64,000 nucleotides of DNA, taken from positions 3,100,001-3,164,000 of the forward strand of contig OX597827.1 in the NCBI GenBank assembly GCA_951406725.2, read 5' to 3'. Position numbers and translations under genes: made by a program. Under the pieces are notes generated by a model. That model was not told the DNA's origin. It made no database searches and worked only from the letters and a program-made list of their open reading frames with translations. Below are positions 25,795 through 39,878 of the stretch, in pieces. Position 1 is the stretch's first letter, and every line of letters starts with the position of its first letter. Source of the stretch: Octopus vulgaris. Its lineage: Eukaryota.

Positions 25795-25978
25795 CCAACA
25801 TGTAGAGCTTCTACAGAAAGTTTGTCTCTTAGTAATAGTAAGGAATATCAGGAGGGTTCTAAGGACTTGAAAGACTGCTGAAAACTTGCGGATATATGAG
25901 GTTACAGGTGGCAACGCACTACCCACAAATCCTACCAGGAATAAGACCAAACCTGAGCCAAACCAAAACAATAATAAT
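25795..25978 (+). mobile_element. R4/Dong-like 3' end
   Basis: VELLQKVCLLVIVRNIRRVL*, then short UTR and (AAT)n. Confidence 0.55.
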
Positions 25979-26117
25979 CCTTCCTACCTCAGCAGAATTT
26001 GAACTCAGAATGTAAAGGGCAAAATGCTACAAAGCATTCTGTTCAGTGCACTAAAGATTCTGCCAGCTCGCCATAATAATAATAATTATGATAATGATGA
26101 TGATGATGATGATGATA

Positions 26118-26317
26118 ATCCTTCCTACTATAGGTATAAGGCCTAAACTTTTGCTGGAGGAGATAAGTTGATTAAATCAATTCCAGTGTTTCACTGGTAC
26201 TTAATTTATTGACTCCAAAAGGATGAAAGGCTAAGTCAACCTTGGCAGAATTTGAACTCAAAATGTATAGACAGGCATTCTGCTTCACATGCTAATGGTT
26301 CTGCCAGCTCGCCACCT
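26118..26317 (-). mobile_element. SINE family B copy
   Basis: ggatgaaaggctaagtcaaccttggcagaatttgaactc...ctgccagctcgccacctt followed by (TAA)n. Confidence 0.75.
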
Positions 26318-26367
26318 TGATAATAATAATGATAAGAATAATCCTTTCTATTAAAGCCACAAGGCTG

Positions 26368-26475
<108 letters not shown>

Positions 26476-26976
26476 ATTTCTTTTGTTTACCGCAAGGGCA
26501 ACGGATGAGGGAACCTTACAAGAATGATGGGGATTTTTTTCAGAATTGATTAATAATAATGATAATAATAATAATAATATTAATAATAGGCTGAGAAAAA
26601 AAAATAACACTAAAGTCTCTTGTTTCTTTTGATTCAAAAGACATTTTTCAGGAATGGATTTACGGTCCATTAAAGTATTGAGTTGAACCAAGGGTTAGAA
26701 TCAATAAGAAGAAGAAAGAGTTGTGGTGGTGGTGGGAGTAGTGGTACTATTTGTTGTTGTTTTGTTTCTTTTACTACCCCACTCATCCCCCACTTCTTTT
26801 TTCTTTTTTTTTTTTTTCATATTCACAAAATCAAAAATATTGCTTAGATGTTTATTTCAATGAAACTATATTTCTGGTAATGCATTTGGTGAGATAGAGG
26901 GGGAGGAAGAAGAGAGGAAGGTTATTTATTATTGCCTAGAATATGAGACAACAACAAAAAATCATGGAAAAGATAT

Positions 26977-27007
<31 letters not shown>

Positions 27008-27611
27008 TACGTATCTTTCCTGAGAGAAAGAGATGAAAATCAGCTAAACTGAAAAAATTAAACATCAATTATGAATATGAGTGTTAACGAACTGTTAATC
27101 ATCAAACCAATCTTAATTTTAACAAATTAGGCAAACATTAGATATTAGTAAACATTAACTTTGTAATATATAATACAATAAAAATAATATAAAAGTGTAA
27201 TGAAAAATGAATAAATAATAATAATAATAATAATAATAATGATAATAATGTTCTTTATTTATACCACAAAGGCGAAGATGAAAGGAATTTTTAAGGACAA
27301 ATTCCAAGAGTGAAGCTGTTGGGGTTTGCGGAACTGAGTATTAGGAACCAGGTATTGTAAACAATGGTATAAATATGAAGGGAGAAGATGAAAGAAAGCA
27401 GCATCCCAACAGGGCTGTGGTTCTCAACATATGGTCCACAAACAATTAGTGATCCGTGATAACTTTTCCGGGTGGACCATGTTCAAAGTCTTTGGAAAAA
27501 ACCAAAATTACATGTGCTTGCGAAGTATGGCTGTAACAAATTTCTTCTGATGTACAAATGTGAATGTTTGTTCTTGTGCTCCTGTTCCCTCGTCTTCTCT
27601 TCGTGCAAATA

Positions 27612-28179
27612 TTGGGTTGTCCGGAAAGTTTGTGCTGATTTATAGTAGCTTAAATTTTGACATATTTTAGAACGTTGCTGAGTTCACAAAATAGGATTTG
27701 ACCACACCTCAATTTAGAGCACAGTTTAAGCTATCTTTTCGTGGAAGAAGGCTTATGTTCCTATAACCTGTGTTAATTCTGTAACCCTTTAAAATGGAAG
27801 ATAAGAAAGTTAATTTCCAGCACTTGATGCTTTAGGAACCAGTCAAAAATTGCTGCAGCTCGGCTGGGATGTGTTACCCCCCACCTTCCATATTCACCAG
27901 ATATTGCTCCTTTGGATTTCCACTTATTCAGGTCTCTGCAGAATAGTCTTAATGGTAAAAATTTCAATCCCTTGGATGACGTAAAAAGATACCTTGATGA
28001 ATTCTTTGCCATGAAACCCCCTCAATTCTGGGAAGAGGGTATTTTCAAGTTAAAGGAAAGATGGAGATGCATTGTGCAACAAAATGGTTCATATTTGGTT
28101 GATTAAAATCGTAATGGCAAGTATTTATTGACCTTTTTCTTTCCTTTAAAAATCGGCACAAACTTTCCGGACAACCCAA
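27612..28179 (+). mobile_element. internally deleted mariner (DD34D) element
   Basis: 30-bp TIRs ttgggttgtccggaaagtttgtgc.gattt, left TA; N-terminal MEDKKVNFQHLML (27794) fused to C-terminal PYSPDIAPLDFHLFRSLQN...RWRCIVQQNGSYLVD. Confidence 0.9.
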
Positions 28180-28269
28180 AAGTTGTTAGCCAATATCATG
28201 TGTCATGTAACCAGTGTTGGTGTCATTCATTCACGATCTCTGAAATCATGGATAACTATTGAACTATCT

Positions 28270-28662
28270 TTTATTTTTGTTTTTATCAGTCGTTAGACTG
28301 CGGCCTTGCTGGGGCACCACCTTAAGAAATTTTAGTTGAATGAATTGACCACACCCCAGCACTTTTCTTTTTAATCCTGGTACTTATTCTATCAGTTCCT
28401 TTTGCTGAACCACTAAGTTACATGGAGTGAGGGATATAAACACAACAGTAGCGGTCATCAAGCAATGGTGGGGGACAAAGACAAACACACATACACACAC
28501 ACATGAAGTGCTTCTTTCAGTTTCCATCTACCAAATCTACTCAAAAGGCATTGGTTCGCCCAAAGCTACAGTAGAAGACACTTGCCCAAGATGCTATGCA
28601 GTGGGACTGAACCCAAACCTATGTGGCTGGGAAGCATACTTCTTACCACACAGCCATGCCGG
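28270..28662 (-). mobile_element. SINE family A copy
   Basis: agaagacacttgcccaag...gcagtgggactgaacc...accacacagccatgcc. Confidence 0.8.
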
Positions 28663-29870
28663 TAGTGTTTGTAATCAAAGGTTTGGTGGAAATATAACCC
28701 AACAAGCAGCTGAAATGGGTTCATCTGAAGAATCTCTGTAGTAATGCTACTCAACAGGAAAGACTCACAAAACAGATTCTTCAAGTGAAGCCAACCCAAC
28801 CAGGAGTTAACCAAGATTGAGATGGTTGGATATAATGGTCATAATCTCATTTGATGATGACAGAGAATCCATCCAGAAAGTGTAATGGCACTTACTACCG
28901 ATAGGACCCTATGGAGGAAGTTCTCGAAGCCTCTATCCCCACAACTCCCTTAGGAATGGAATGCAGAGTCGGTAGATGGATGGAAATAGATGAGGACTGA
29001 TAAAAGAAAGGGTTCTTGGTCATGGAAAATCTGCTTCTAAGAATTTCCTCTGACCTCCAAAAGTATGAAGGGTGAATATTAAAACAACAAAGATGACAAC
29101 AACGATGATGATGATGATGATGATGAGGAGGAGGAGGAGGAGGAGGGGGAGGAGGACGACGACGACAACAACGACGTGCTTAGATTTGAATCATCACATT
29201 TAAATAGCTGTACAAGTCCAATGCTTAGATCTTCACACTACACTAAAATATCAAAGTTCTGAATTATGAACTTTGTAGTAAGATAATAAAGTACCTTAAA
29301 TACAAGGGGGAATTTGAGAAAGATGATCTTCAAAAGCTTATTAGTAAAGCCAAAAGGAGAAAAAAAATTTAAGAAGTTATGACTATTATTTCTGTAAACA
29401 GTTGTCATCCAAACAATCATCCTCTAATACCATACAACCTTGGACTTTTAAATGTCGATTGCCAAGGGAGTAACTTTATCATTTTGTACTGAAAATGCTT
29501 TGATGAGAATGATTATATATATATATATTATTTAAAATTGGTACATTAGTTTTTAAGGCTTGACCAAGGCATTGGAAGAATTTTATCTTTAGTTGATCTG
29601 GTAACAAGAATTTTTTATTATAAGTAGGATCTTATAACATTAGGTAAAATACATTGCTGCTTTTTTTTGTTGTTGTTGTTGTTGTTGTTTTTTTGTTCTG
29701 TTTCTTTTACATTCCAAGTTCAAATCTTGCTAAGGTCAACTTTGCCTTTCACCCTTCCAGAGTTGATAAATAAACTACCAATAAAATATTAACCCCCAAT
29801 TGTATTGACAAACGTCCGCCCTTCATAATTGCTAGCTTTGTGCTCAAACCAGTAGCATTATAATTATCAT

Positions 29871-30033
29871 CTACTCGCAATACCAGAGGGTGCACACTCT
29901 CCTACCCTGATGTAATCTCCAGGGATACAGGCATCCAGCAACAGGACCTCCGTAATGCCATAATGGGCTGTGAAGTCTGGCGTAGCATGGTAAATTCCAT
30001 TGTCTCGACCACGGTCGAACAATGATGATGATG
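29871..30033 (+). mobile_element. 5'-truncated RTE-type LINE 3' end with TSD
   Basis: ...SYPDVISRDTGIQQQDLRNA...VWRSMV..., hairpin tcgaccacggtcga, (TGA)n tail, 11-bp TSD ataattatcat (29860-70 / 30034-44). Confidence 0.75.
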
Positions 30034-30279
30034 ATAATTATCATTATTGTAGTTGTTGGTGAACAGTTAGAGCTTTGGACAAAATACTTAGTGGAATTTA
30101 TTTTGACTCTTTACCTCCTGAGTTCAAATTCTGCTGGTGTTAACTGTGCTTTTTATCTTTCCGGGGTAAATGCCAGTTTAAATCGGAAGTTGATGTAATT
30201 GACTAATCCTTGCTTCTCAAAATTACAGGCCTTGCGCCGAAATTAGAAAGAATTATTATCATGAGTACCTTTTTTTTCT

Positions 30280-30465
30280 TTTTACTGTGACCATGCTGGG
30301 GCACCGCTTAAAGAATTTTTAGTCAAACGAATCAACTCCAATACCTAATGTTGTTAAGCCTCATACTAATTCTCTTCATCTCTTTTGCTGAACCACTAAG
30401 TGATTGGGATGTTAACACCCCTACACTAGTTATCAAGCAGTGGTAGGACACACACACACTCATAT

Positions 30466-30521
<56 letters not shown>

Positions 30522-30945
30522 ACACAATAGGCTTCTCCCAGTTTCTGGCTACCAAATCCATTCACAAGGCTTTGGTCAACTTGAGGCTATGGTAGAAGAC
30601 ACTTACCCAAGGTGTCACACAGTGGGACTGAACCTGAAACCATGCCGTTGGGAAGCAAGCTTCTTACCACACACAGCCACACCAGCACCTATAGTATATT
30701 ACTCTTTTACTTGTTTCAGTCATTTGACTGTGGCCATGCTGGAGCACTGCCTTTAATCAAAGAAATCGACCCCAGGACTTATTCTTTATGAGCCTAGTAC
30801 TTATTCTTCGGTCTCTTTGGCCAAACCACTAAGTTATGGGGACATAAACACACCAACATTGGTTGTCAAGTGATGGTGGGGAGACAAACACAGACACACA
30901 AATACATGCATGTATATACATATATATACGATGGGCTTCTTTCAA
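30280..30945 (-). mobile_element. two tandem SINE family A copies
   Basis: Family A motifs twice (30280-30690; 30700-30945 lacks the head). Confidence 0.75.
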
Positions 30946-30999
30946 TTTCTAATGTTTCTGCCAGCTCGCCGCCTTCTAGACCCCAATTATTATCAATGA

Positions 31000-32560
31000 A
31001 ACAACTCAAGAATGACATTTTATGGAAAGACAAGCAATACCTTGTGTGCCTCTTATGCCATTGCAAATAAATGTGGACAAAAAGCCTCAAGAAGCCTCAT
31101 TTAATTATAAGGTAATTTGCATTATTTTGCCCAAAAGAAATGATGCATCTTGTAGTTGGTGAAGAAACAGTAAGAAATTGGAATAAATTTGAATGATATA
31201 TCTGTTTCCAATGACATGATGCAGAGACAGATAACAGGGATATTAGAGAATATTAGAGAACCAAGTTTTGAATGAAATAAAGACATCAACAATGTTCATT
31301 ATAAAGTCAGACAAAATGGCTGATGTCTCAATAAGCTCTCAATTATTGATATTTGTGCAATATATATATTTGACAGATATTTAAAGACAATTTTTTTTTT
31401 TTTTTGAAAATGTATAGAAACCGCAACAAAAGCTCGAGACATGTTGGGAACCGTTTACAATTTCTTTCAAGTAAATGGCTTGAAATGGAAAGAACTTGTT
31501 GGTACCTTGATAGTGCACCAACAAAGTATACAACTGATGGTGTATCTATTATGCATGGTTCAAGATCTGACTTCAAAAGATTAGAAAATAGGTATGTCCA
31601 ACAAGGGTCAACTTGAATCCATTGCTTTCTCCCCAGAGAGGTACTGGCACCAAAGACATTATCTAATAAATCAAATGCAGTTTACAAAGGTTCAATGAAG
31701 CTGATCAATTATGTCAAATTATTGGCTGTGAATATTAGATTATTTCTTTAACAGATCTGCCTGGATGTAAGTTCTGAATTTGATGTTTTGCTGTTTAATA
31801 CAAAAGTCTTAAACATCATTAAATCAAGTGTGGCTGTGTGGCTGAGAAGTTTGCTTCCCAAACTGAATGTTAGTCGTTTTTTAATATTCTGAAAAAAAAC
31901 ATGTCTAACCTCAGAAAAATATTAGCCAACTGGCAAACAGGTATGGGTTGATGACAAGAAGTGCATCCAACAGTAGAAAACCTGCTCCAATAAAACTATG
32001 GCTGACCCATGGAAACTTGGGAAAATGAATGTTAAAATGGTGATGATGTATGATAATTATCAACGGAAAACAAGAGAACCAAGTTTTTGAACTAAGGAAA
32101 GAAGGACTCAAGTTACTTTATCATAAGGAAAGTAAAAATGAATGCAAAAGTATCATAATCAGTCAAATTTAAATATAGCAATATATTTAAACTTTTGAAC
32201 GAGTTCAATCTTCAGCTACAAGATCAAGGTGCAAACCTAGTTTTATATCAAGTTAAAATCATAGATTGTGAAAATTGATGTTGAAAATTTCTTCTTTAGT
32301 TTCCATGGCTTAATGCTATGACCAGAGAAAAGAAAAATATGCAAACTGAAATTAATTGATCATTTGAGAAAGCTATATGATGATTTGAACATTATTTGTT
32401 AGAGATAAATATGACAACAGGTGAACTATCCTTCATCAGGAGCCATTTTATAGCAGATCTCAATTCTGTTCCATAAAATCTGTTGAAGCTGCATTTGGAA
32501 ACAAAGAGCTCAAGAACTTTTCAAACAATTCTGCCATAGAAAGTCTTTAGGTAAGCAAAC
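31000..32560 (+). pseudogene. degraded hAT transposase (Buster/Charlie, ZBED5/ZBED8-like), interrupted by SINE/RTE pieces at about 31825-32060
   Basis: LNDISVSNDMMQRQI..ENIRE / VLNEIKTS.MF..SDKMADVS..SQLLIFVQYI; IHCFLPREVLAPK; LINYVK; LLNEFNLQLQ. Confidence 0.8.
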
Positions 32561-32569
32561 TGCTTAGCC

Positions 32570-32727
32570 TCATTTGCCCATGTTTAGGTTCTGAGTTCAA
32601 ATCCTACTGAAGTCAACATTGCCTTTCATCCTTTCTGGGTCGATTAAGTACCAGCAAAACATTGGGGTTGATGTAATCGGCTAGTCCCCTCCTCTCAGAT
32701 TTCAGGCTTATGTCTTTAGTAGAAAGG

Positions 32728-32771
<44 letters not shown>

Positions 32772-32905
32772 GGTGGTGAGCTGAGAGAATCGTTTGCATG
32801 CCAGGCAAAATGCTTAGTGGCATTTTGTCGGTCTTTATGTTCTGAGTTCAAATTCTGCTGAGGTTGACTTTGCCTTTCATCCTTTCAGGGTTGATAAGAT
32901 AAGTA
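32570..32905 (+). mobile_element. two SINE family B copies joined by (ATT)n
   Basis: gttctgagttcaaat...tgcctttcatccttt twice. Confidence 0.8.
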
Positions 32906-32973
32906 GCAGTGCTCTTCCTCATCTATTCTTGTCAAACCATCCAACCCATACCAGCATGGAAAAAGGGACGTTA

Positions 32974-33010
<37 letters not shown>

Positions 33011-34088
33011 CCTCAGCCAGTCAAGAGTGGATTTTGAGGACTTAAGAATAAATAAACAAGGCTTAATGTACAATGTATCTATGCAGAATATAACTTCAGA
33101 GTATATACTATACTGTTTCTTTTATAATTTGCAGGGACAACATAAATCAAAGTACAAACAGCAGATTATAATTTTCTGAAATCTCTTTGATCTTGTATCT
33201 GTTCACCGATTCTGTCAGCTGCAACTAAATCTTCAAGCAATTATTGGAATGGGCTTATTGCATTTTAGCCATGCTATTAAAGTCTTCAGCTATTTTACTA
33301 TTTTAGGTGCTTAGGATTAAAAAGAAAACAAAATGTTTTATTATTCTCAACACAAAGCATTTTCTTTCTTTCTATCTTTTTATCTTCAACCATTTCCTTC
33401 TTATCTCCTTTGATGATGATGATGATGATCATCATCATCATCATCATCACCACCATCACCACCATCATTGTCATCATAATACTGAGTGAGTCACTTTATA
33501 AGTATTTAAACTGAATTAGTATTTTGGGAGCCTAAAACAAGATGGAACAGGAAAATTCAAATTTAATTCCTATGAAATTCACCAAAACATTACTGAGACA
33601 CCATGAATTTTTGTGTTTATTTTGGTTTTCACCTATACTCCAACTGTGTTGGACATCGTGTGTGCATGTGTGTGTGTGTGTGTGTGAGTCAGCATGCATG
33701 TGTGTGTTTGTGTGTGTCTACCGGATAGGGGAAAGAGCATAGTAGAAAATACAAGAGTATATTTTTGATTAAAAAGGTACACTTTGTTTCCCTTAATTTC
33801 GAAAAATAAAAGAGTATGAAACAAACACATTATTTATGGGAGGACTCAATACATGTCTGAGAGCTCCTTTAGTAACAAATGACCATGGGGTCACACCTGG
33901 AAGGTTCCCCTCTGAGGCACAACTGTTGTTGCAACACATTTCAATAGATGAGTGAACTGGAGCAACATGAAATAAAGTGTCTTGTTCAAGAACAATACAC
34001 ACTTCTCAGTCCAGGAATGGAACCCACAATCTCATGGTTGTAAACCTGATACTCTAACCACAGAGCCCTGTTTCTTCACTATATATAA

Positions 34089-34119
<31 letters not shown>

Positions 34120-34291
34120 TATATGCGTGTGTATGTATAGGTATATGTATAAGTGTATATATATATATTATTACCTTTATATATTATTATGTTTATTGGC
34201 TAAACTAGCAAAATGACCTTTCCTAAATACAACAATATGTATATATATAGGTATGAATATAAGTGTGTGTATATATATTTGTGTATATACA

Positions 34292-35144
34292 CGTGGTCTG
34301 ATGAATAAGTATCCGGACTGTTGCCATAGTAATGAAGCTAAAGCATGTAGAGTAAAGCTGCTTGGTACAGATTGACTTTGAACTCTGCTGTGCATGCACA
34401 CCAAGTTTTAACATTCTAGCTCACTTCTGCTATTTACAGCAATGCTTGGAAGGAAGATGTGTAACATGTGATTGTTGAATTGACAATGACAGAGCCAGTC
34501 AATTAAATTTTGCCAAGCGCTTGGTGATACCTGCTCAGTGGTGTACACAGATTTTGAAAGGTTTCCATTGTTCTAGACACAATCAGGGTGATCTTGTGCA
34601 ACTGAAACCCGAGTGTCTTTTTGGTGAGCTAAAAGCAGTTTTGGCACAAACTTGGCAGACACAGGTCTCATACCTAAATTTTCAGTGATAATGGACTGAA
34701 ATGAACTATAACTAATCTGCACATCCTCTGATAATTCATGGATGGTGATTCGATGATTTCCCCTCACAGCCGCAAGCACATCTGTGATGTTTTTCTCAGT
34801 TCTGTTGGTTGTAATTCTCCCAAAACGTTTGTCAATATCAATATGTTTTCAGCCATCTTAGAAACGTCTGATTCACTTGTACACTTGTGTGTGGATCATA
34901 CACTCCTCTCCATACACTTTCTGCAACTTTGCATAAACCTTGTCATAAGTCATGATCAATGCGACGATCGCACACTACACACCTTCCTTCCAAGCAGTGC
35001 TGTAAATAGCAGAAGCAAGCAAGAATGTTAAAACCTGGTCTGCACAGCAGAGTTCAAGGTCAATCAGTGACCTTGCAGCTTTACACTGCATACTTTAGCT
35101 TTGTTATTAAGGCAACAGTCCGGATACTTATTGATCAGACCTTG
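34292..35144. mobile_element. mariner-derived fold-back element made of two 5' halves
   Basis: About 200-bp inverted arms starting ggtctgat.aataagtatccggactgttgcc; minus-strand transposase remnant ...RITIHELSEDVQISYSS..SIITENLGMRPVSAKFVPKLL; TA at the right end. Confidence 0.85.
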
Positions 35145-35151
35145 TATGTAA

Positions 35152-35196
<45 letters not shown>

Positions 35197-35246
35197 TATA
35201 TTTATTTATACATATATATATTTATATATACATATATATATTTATA

Positions 35247-35278
<32 letters not shown>

Positions 35279-35302
35279 CATTTATATATACATACATTTA
35301 TA

Positions 35303-35339
<37 letters not shown>

Positions 35340-35665
35340 TTATATATACATACATTTATATATATATATATATATAAATATATATGTATGCATGCATGCA
35401 TATACTTACGTCTACACATAAACACCCACACACATAATGTAGTTAAATCTTATCTGTCATCTATCACTACTTAGATCAAGAAACTAGTCTCATTCCAAAG
35501 CTCTCTACTTTAAATCTCTTTAGCTAAAACCATCGACCACATGTTATAGTAATTTTCAAAATATGTACTTACTAAAAATATTCGATTATATTTTTCCACA
35601 TTAATAATCTCATCTATAGAGATGAAAATTTTTTTATTTCTTGTTTCATTTTGTTTGATCTTCAG

Positions 35666-35806
35666 ACAGTATCAAGGAGTACTGCACTGGAAAATAGTGT
35701 CACTTCCATTAGTTTTGAAAAGAAAGTTTCAGGTTCAAAATCCATAGAATTCTATTTATGTAGATATCCTGAAATAATACAGCTATTGCTGACTGGAGAT
35801 GAAAAT
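35666..35806 (+). CDS. weak candidate exon (141 nt, phase 0-0)
   Basis: Polypyrimidine acceptor ...gatcttcag, 47 open codons (TVSRSTALENSVTSISFEKK...), donor gtaatg; no known homology. Confidence 0.2.
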
Positions 35807-38220
35807 GTAATGTAGGTGTAAATATTGATTTCTAATATTGGCACGCTTGTTTTAGAAGTAGACATAGAAGATTTTATTGACCTTAGTATTTAACTGATAA
35901 TTTAACACCACTAAAAGAATGAAACATGAAGTTGATCTCAGCAAGATTTGAACTCAGAACATAAAGGGTTATGACTGAATATCATAATGCACCTTGTCCA
36001 GTGCTCTAACAATTCTGCCAGGTAATTAGACATTTACTTAAAAATGTTAATCTTTTTGATATTAACCCACCTAAGATTGCTTCTGATTCTTTGATACAAA
36101 GCATTTAATATTAAAGTGTTCACATTTAATCAAATCCTCCTATTATACAGAAACCTTTTAGTTAACAGACATCAAAACGGTTTCTAAATGCAATGATAAG
36201 TTTAATAAGGAAAATTTTAGTTGCTCAATAAAAGCACTCCAACTTTAGGAATATTTTTGATAATGAAAAGAAACTTATAGGCAAAGTATTTTGTTAGACA
36301 TGAGGTCAAGAAATGGTTATGCTTAGAAAAGCTTGATCTTCACCTTTTCAATTTGCAAGTCTTTGAATCAGCAGACAATGTCATTCCCACCCATTCACCT
36401 ACCCACACATGCATAATTTGTCCCACAGCCATTATATTTACATATGCGAATGTAAGGAAGTAGCTTTAACTGCCTACTCAGCCAAGTAGCACTCAACCAT
36501 ATTAGCATTGACAGCATAAACATTTCAGTCTGAAGTGCTATTGATTTCTAATAGCAGCACAATGTCACATATTTTTACTGATTCATCCTTGCAAAGATGA
36601 GTGTTCAATAAATTATGGATATTTCTATTACAATTCTCTTTCATATTACTTTCATAGATCTGCCTCACAATTCTCTTTTTAGCAACTATTCACCATAAGC
36701 AAGAAAGAAAACTTCTACTCAGTTGCTTCATTGGCTGAAATTAGCAGCCAAATATCCTTAAAATCCTACCTTATAATTTTGAAAATGAACTCACTTCAAC
36801 TAATGAAGTTTTTGATGCACTATACCTAAGCAATAGACAGAGTGGGTATGGCTGGAATGCTGATAAAGTGATGTAAATTTTATGCAAGTTGCTTATTTGA
36901 TCAGCTGACTGACTATGTGCTCAATCGGGATTGGCCTAGGGTTAAACTAATAAGAATAATACGGTCTCTACTTTATCATAAATCAACCCTTAAAATATAA
37001 CTGAAGTCCCAATTCAATTTGTTGCTACACAAACTACAGATTCTGGATATCCTTCATCCATACTGCCATTAATCAGAGTCTGTAATAAGATGTTTGGTGT
37101 CACCCTGGTGTGCACCTCAAGTCATGTTTGCAGGCCATCAGAGCCAGTCTTATATTGATCTCTAGCCTCGACATTTATGTTTATGTATGTTGTCATCAAT
37201 GGAATCTGGAGTGACTTCAAGTCCGTCTGCTCAGAACAGTGACAGATGACATTAGAAGGCAGCTGTTTGGTGAAACAGGTTCATTAGGAGGAAAAGGCAA
37301 AGTCTGCAAGATGAAACCAAATGCAAGCATGGATGCAACTATGATATTATAATATTATACAGCGGAGATCAAGGAAGTTGAGGAAATGAATGACAGCATG
37401 CCATAAGGTCATTAGTTTATTTATAATAATAAAAAAAAAAACCAGCTAAAAGAGAAGAAAATAGAGAAGCATAATGGATGAAAACATATTGTACCAGTGA
37501 AGTAGGAGGAAGATTTGTAAAAGGAATTGTTGACTGATGAAAACTCAGGAACCAGAAGAGAAATAATTATGACAATATTGAGAAAATCATAACGTCTAGC
37601 AGATCAGATGTTGTGAAAATGGAGCACATGGTTATATACTATATTGCAGACTTCTTCCTCTTATTAGTATTATCTTTATTTAATGTGGTTTCAGGTTCAG
37701 TACCACTGCATAGTACCTTGGGCAGGTGTCTTCTATTATAACACTGAACAAACCAAAATCTTGTAGGTGGATTTAGAAGGCATAAACTGAAATAGACAAC
37801 GCACATATATGTGTGTGTGTTAGCGTCTCTCTGAACACTTGCAATCATTATAAACAATTGCCAGTTACATAAGATGTATTCTTTGTTTGCAATCTTCCGG
37901 TAAAACAGTGTCCAGCTATGGGAAACATTACTTTGCTTGGAAACATGAGTGGTGTGCAACAGGAAAGGCATCAGGTCATAGAAAATCTACTTCAAGAAAA
38001 TTCCATCTGACCAATGCTAGCAGGGAAAAGTGGATATTAAAATGATGGTAAATATACTAAATTGTATTCTTTGAACTTTAAAACCAACTTTCTAAACATC
38101 AAAATAAATTTTTGTTTTTCTTTAGTCTACATCAACATTTCTACAACTGGGAATGGACTTGATCAAATCCAGGTAAATAGAATGGCCAGTAAAAAATATA
38201 TTCACAATGGATATATATAT

Positions 38221-38635
38221 AGGTGCAGGAGTGGCTGTGTGGTAGCTTGCTAACCAACCACATGGTTCCGGGTTCAGTCCCACTGCGTGGCATCTTGAGC
38301 AAGTGTCTTCTGCTATAGCCCCGAACTGACCAATGCCTTGTGAGTGGAGTTGGTAAACGGAAACTGAAAGAAGCCTGTCGTATGTATGTACATATACATA
38401 AGTGTGTGTGTATATGTTTGTGTGTCTGTGTTTGTCCCCCTAGCATTGCTTGACAACTGATGCTGGTGTGTTTACTTCCCCGTCACTTAGCGGTTTGGCA
38501 AAAGAGACCGATAGAATAAGTACTGGGCTTAACAAAGAATAAGTCCCGGGGTCGATTTGCTCGACTAAAGGCGGTGCTCCAGCATGGCCGCAGTCAAATG
38601 ACTGAAACAAGTAAAAGAATAAAAGAGTAAAGAGT
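38221..38635 (+). mobile_element. SINE family A, young well-preserved copy
   Basis: ggagtggctgtgtgg, gggttcagtccc, ttgagcaagtgtcttct, CpG-rich tail, (agtaaa)n end. Confidence 0.9.
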
Positions 38636-39111
38636 ATATATTTTTTGTGCTATAATAGCAAATAACAAATAGCTTTAATAGCAATGGCAGCCATGACACC
38701 GACAGAAACATTGACAGTGACTAATATTATTGACACCATTAACAACAATAAGAACACAGGAACAATGAAAGAAATTCAATAAAAAAAAACAAAAACAGAT
38801 AACAGAAGGAGAATGAGAAGAGGGGGCTTTCATATGTTCAGCACAATAGCAAATTCCCTTTAATGATCTTGATCTTGCTATAATAACTGAGAAGATGAGG
38901 AAGAAAGAAAAATATGTCAAATACTGTCAATCTACTGTTTTATGATGCATCAACAAAAGAGAAGAGCGAAGTCTGATATATAAAATATAGATAGTTTACA
39001 GGGTAGAGCTTTTAGTCTCGGTTACTGTATTTGCTGGTATATAAGCAGTACCCCTATTTTACAAGTATAATTTATGAAGAGAACAAGTGTTGAATGCTTC
39101 ACCATATTGGC

Positions 39112-39485
39112 AGAGGTGTGGGTGTGATAAGAAGCTTGCTTGTCAACCAGATGCTTCCAGATTCTGTCCCACCACATGGTACCTTGGACAGGTGTCTTCT
39201 ATTATAGCCTTGTGATTGAATTTGTTAGATTAAAACTGAAAGAAGCCCGTGTGTGTGTGTGTGTATGTGTGTGTAAGTGTGTGTAATCTGTCCTCCCCTA
39301 CCTCTAAACAACCAGTGTTGGTTTGTTTACATCCCCATAACTTAGCAGTTTGGCAAAAAGAGAATGCTAGAGTAAGTACCAAGCTTTAAAAAAACAAGTC
39401 CTGGGGTTGATGCATTCAACTAAAAGTTCTTCAAGATGGTGCCCCAGCATGGTCAAAGTCTAATGACTGAAACAGATAAAAGATA
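39112..39485 (+). mobile_element. SINE family A copy
   Basis: Aligns to 38221-38635. Confidence 0.75.
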
Positions 39486-39878
39486 TGCATATAGAAAGAT
39501 ATCTTAAAGTTTTTTTGTAGAGGAAAATGTAAGATTTTGTGCATGTAAATACAATTTTAGGATAAAGTATGAAACCATAAATTTAGCATAAATAAACTGC
39601 ATTATGCTAGTCCAGTATTTCAATTTTATCTTTTTTCAAATCATTTACAGAGTTGTTTCTATTTTGGTCAAGAGAATTGCCATACAGGCTATAAAAATTG
39701 TAAAACTTGACTGATGTTTTGTGTTACTCTGATAGGCCACAAGGGTGGCACACCACAGCTATGATATTGTTGTCATCCACTCATTGCAAGGCTTGAGGCT
39801 ACAGTAGTACAAGAGACAACAAAGAAGGGCAATAAGGTGCCTACAGATTTATATGATGTTGATTGACAGAAAGTTTAA

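Noticed and set aside
26652-26674. plus-strand 23-nt microexon (EWIYGPLK)
   Set aside because: Weak donor (gtattg); such matches are expected by chance in 64 kb.
27912-28106. SETMAR-like host gene exon
   Set aside because: Sits between mariner TIRs with most of the transposase deleted.
31000-32560. domesticated ZBED gene
   Set aside because: Many stops, frameshifts and nested repeats; it is a dead transposon.
34298-34320. hammerhead core CTGATGA
   Set aside because: Part of the mariner TIR (the other arm reads ctgatca); no stem II or GAAA.
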